Positions 61,285 to 64,000 of a stretch of 64,000 nucleotides of DNA are shown one piece after another. The DNA comes from an uncultured bacterium (GTDB taxonomy: Bacteria > Auribacterota > Erginobacteria > Erginobacterales > Erginobacteraceae). The stretch is from the NCBI GenBank assembly GCA_963822585.1, contig CAWGIE010000003.1:1-64000 (forward strand), written 5' to 3'. Under the pieces are notes generated by a model, which was not told the DNA's origin, made no database searches, and saw nothing but the letters and a program-made list of their open reading frames with translations. Both the position numbers and the translations under genes were made by a program. Positions within the stretch are counted from its first letter, which is position 1. Each line of letters opens with the position of its first letter.

Positions 61285-64000
61285 ATGAACCCAATCTCCA
61301 ATTTAAAAAAGAATGTTCGCAATAGTTTTTCCCGGCTGTCCGACCCCGTCCCCATGCCGGATTTTTTGGAGATACAGCACAAATCCTACGAAGAATTTTT
61401 ACAGGAAGATGTCCCCTCGGCACAACGTCAGTCGGAAGGGCTGCAGAAAGTTATGGAAGAGGTCTTCCCGATTTACAGCTATGACGGCAATACCTGTCTT
61501 GAGTTCGTCAGCTACAGTCTGGGGACGCCCAAGTACGGACTGGATGAATGCCAGAACCGGGGGCTGACATACGCCGCCCCGCTCCGGTTGGTTCTGCGAC
61601 TGAAACGCAATGATTGGGTCAAGGAAGAGACGGTCTTTGTCGGGAATCTGCCCCGGATGACTCCCCAGGGGTCTTTTATCATTAACGGCGCCGAGCGTGT
61701 CATTGTCAGCCAGCTTCACCGGACGCCGGGGATTTGTTTTGAGCAGATAAAACGGTCCGGCAGCATTCGTCTCTTCATGTTCCGGATTATTCCCAACCGC
61801 GGCTCCTGGCTGGAGGCGGAGTTCAATCGGAAAGGACAGATTCACTTTTATCTGGACAAGAAGCGCACCCGCCGCAAGCTTCTTGCCACCACGCTCCTCC
61901 GGGCACTTGGCTATGGAACCGACAAAGCAATTATCAAACTTTTCACCGACGTGGAGGAAGTTGTGCTCGGTACGACGGCACAGATAAAGAATCTGGCGGG
62001 CCGTTTCCTGAGTTCGCCGGTGGTCGACCAGCAGGACACTATATTGATCAAGGCTTATACCAGGATTGATGAGGAAACGATAGATATTCTCAAGAAAGCC
62101 AAGATCAAACAAGTTGAGGTATTCAAGCCGAATCCCTGTGTCGAGTACCTGGTCAACATGTTGCGGATCGATCCCACCAAGAGTAAAAAAGAGGCCGAGA
62201 AATACATATATAAAAAGCTTCGCCCCGGTGATCCCCCTACGGAAGCAAAAGCCAGCAGCCTGATCGAGAGGAGGTTTTTCGATCGTCGCCGGTTCGATCT
62301 CGGTGCCGTGGGCAGGTTCAAGATCAATCAAAAGTTCGGGTTGCCGACGAACCGGGATGAATTAAAGAAAGCCACACTGCGCAAGAAGGATATCGCATTG
62401 GCACTAAAGTATTTAATGCATCTTAATACCGGCGAGCCTGATGCGGTGGAAGACGATATCGATCATCTGGGAATGCGGCGGATCGCGATGGTCGGCGAGC
62501 TTCTTCAGGAGCAGTGCCGGATCGCTCTCTCCCGTCTGGAACGCATGGTCAAGGACAAGATGGGCGTGTACGAGGTCAGTTCCGACAACCTGACCCCTCA
62601 CAAGCTCATCAATCCGAAGGCCTTGAACGGCGTATTCCGGGACTTCTTCGGCCGTTCTCAGCTCTCTCAATTCATGGACCAGACCAACCCGCTGGCCGAA
62701 CTGGCCCATAAGCGCCGGCTGACCGCGCTCGGCCCGGGCGGACTTTCCCGGAAGCGGGCCGGTTTCGATGTTCGCGACGTCCAGCCCAGCCATTACGGGC
62801 GGATCTGCCCGATCGAGTCGCCGGAAGGGCCGAATATCGGATTGATCGCGTCATTGAGCACCTATGCCCGCGTCAATGAACTGGGCTTCATCACGACGCC
62901 CTACCGGAAGGTAGAGAATGGAAAAATAACCAACCGGGTAAAACGCCTGACCGCCGATGAAGAAGAACAATACGTTATCGCCCAGGCCAATGTCCGCGTG
63001 GACAATCATGGCCGGCTGATGGACGATTTGGTCAAGGTGAGAAAGGGAGGGGATACGATGATGGCCTCTCCCAAGACCGTCGAATTCGTCGATGTTTCCC
63101 CTAAGCAGCTGGTAAGCGTTGCCGCGGGCTTGATCCCTTTTCTCGAACATGACGACGCGAACCGCGCCTTGATGGGTTCCAACATGCAGCGTCAGGCGGT
63201 TCCCCTTTTGACCACGGAGGCTCCACTGGTGGCCACCGGTCTGGAAAAAAAGGTCGCCCGGGACAGCCGGGTTAATCTCGCCGCCGAAGAAGACGGCGTG
63301 GTGAAGAAAGTCGACGCGGCCAGCATCACCATCGATAAGCACGTCTATCAGCTCAAGAAATTCGCCCGCTCCAACGCGGGTACCTGCAATAATCAGCGTC
63401 CCTTGGTCGCGGTTGGTCAGAAGATCAAGAAAGGACAGCTCATCGCCGACGGCGCCGCCTCCTCCGGGGGCGAACTGGCTTTGGGTAAGAATGTCCTGAT
63501 CGCTTTCATGCCCTGGCGGGGATATAATTTTGAAGACGCCATCGTCATCAGCGAGCGGCTGGTAAAGGAGGACGCTTACACGTCCATTCATATCGAAAAA
63601 TACGAGATCGGCGCCCGCGACACCAAACTGGGGCGGGAAGAAATAACCAGGGATATTCCCGGTGTCGGCGATGAGGCGCTGATGAACCTGGATGCCGAGG
63701 GAGTCATCCGGATCGGGGCCGAGGTGAGGCCCAAAGATATTCTGGTGGGGAAAATAACTCCCAAGAGCGAGACGGAACTTCTTCCCGAGGAGCGGCTCCT
63801 CCGGGCGATTTTCGGGGAAAAAGCCGCCGATGTCAAAGATACCTCCTTGCGAGCGGCTTCCGGTGTTGAAGGGATCGTGATGGACGTGCGCGTCTTCTCC
63901 CGGAAAGACTCATCCGACGAATCCGACGAGAAAAAGGAAGAAAAGTCACAGGTCAGGGAGATTAACCGCCGGCATAAACAGGAGATACAGAAGATCAAGG
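61285..64000 (+). CDS. rpoB: RNA polymerase beta subunit (3' truncated; absent from the ORF track because it has no stop in the window)
   Basis: AGGAG RBS; frame 1 gives [60 protein letters not shown]. Confidence 0.98.
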   Translation, partial: MNPISNLKKNVRNSFSRLSDPVPMPDFLEIQHKSYEEFLQEDVPSAQRQSEGLQKVMEEVFPIYSYDGNTCLEFVSYSLGTPKYGLDECQNRGLTYAAPLRLVLRLKRNDWVKEETVFVGNLPRMTPQGSFIINGAERVIVSQLHRTPGICFEQIKRSGSIRLFMFRIIPNRGSWLEAEFNRKGQIHFYLDKKRTRRKLLATTLLRALGYGTDKAIIKLFTDVEEVVLGTTAQIKNLAGRFLSSPVVDQQDTILIKAYTRIDEETIDILKKAKIKQVEVFKPNPCVEYLVNMLRIDPTKSKKEAEKYIYKKLRPGDPPTEAKASSLIERRFFDRRRFDLGAVGRFKINQKFGLPTNRDELKKATLRKKDIALALKYLMHLNTGEPDAVEDDIDHLGMRRIAMVGELLQEQCRIALSRLERMVKDKMGVYEVSSDNLTPHKLINPKALNGVFRDFFGRSQLSQFMDQTNPLAELAHKRRLTALGPGGLSRKRAGFDVRDVQPSHYGRICPIESPEGPNIGLIASLSTYARVNELGFITTPYRKVENGKITNRVKRLTADEEEQYVIAQANVRVDNHGRLMDDLVKVRKGGDTMMASPKTVEFVDVSPKQLVSVAAGLIPFLEHDDANRALMGSNMQRQAVPLLTTEAPLVATGLEKKVARDSRVNLAAEEDGVVKKVDAASITIDKHVYQLKKFARSNAGTCNNQRPLVAVGQKIKKGQLIADGAASSGGELALGKNVLIAFMPWRGYNFEDAIVISERLVKEDAYTSIHIEKYEIGARDTKLGREEITRDIPGVGDEALMNLDAEGVIRIGAEVRPKDILVGKITPKSETELLPEERLLRAIFGEKAADVKDTSLRAASGVEGIVMDVRVFSRKDSSDESDEKKEEKSQVREINRRHKQEIQKIK

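Overview
GC-rich bacterial chromosome segment, probably from an uncultured diderm lineage related to the PVC superphylum (inferred from the RpoB '[10 protein letters not shown]' motif and a chlamydia/spirochete-type V-ATPase K subunit). From left to right: the end of a V-type ATPase operon; a GT-C glycosyltransferase and rsmI; an exported DUF6569-like protein plus a vWA protein converging on an OmpR/histidine-kinase pair, with both promoters sharing a 4x11-bp box; a RiPP-like cluster with no visible precursor (nucleotidyltransferase, HPr-kinase-like protein, radical SAM/SPASM, ABC exporter, mini-HlyD); assorted envelope and metabolic genes (ADH synthase-like aldolase, GH123/DUF4091-like, transglutaminase-like, UPRT-like/dcd, rnr, ASST, POTRA, ArsC-like, Qng1); the tilS-ftsH-folP-cdaA-cdaR-TPR-pdxJ-acpS-nnr block; and the tRNA-Thr/Tyr/Gly/Thr-tuf-rpmG-tRNA-Trp-secE-nusG-rplKAJL-rpoB core. 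No CRISPR array, rRNA, transposase or integrase was seen. The most striking non-coding feature is a dense set of modular, nested palindromic mini-elements. It includes a 30-nt double-hairpin cassette that always follows TTC with no target duplication and interrupts duplicated tRNA-Thr and tRNA-Gly fragments exactly in the T loop; a different 86-nt hairpin pair interrupts the anticodon loop of a tRNA-Gly 5' copy. Four 1-bp frameshifts (vWA, DUF1573, GH123-like, folP) are most likely assembly errors. All calls come from reading motifs by eye; no database search was run.
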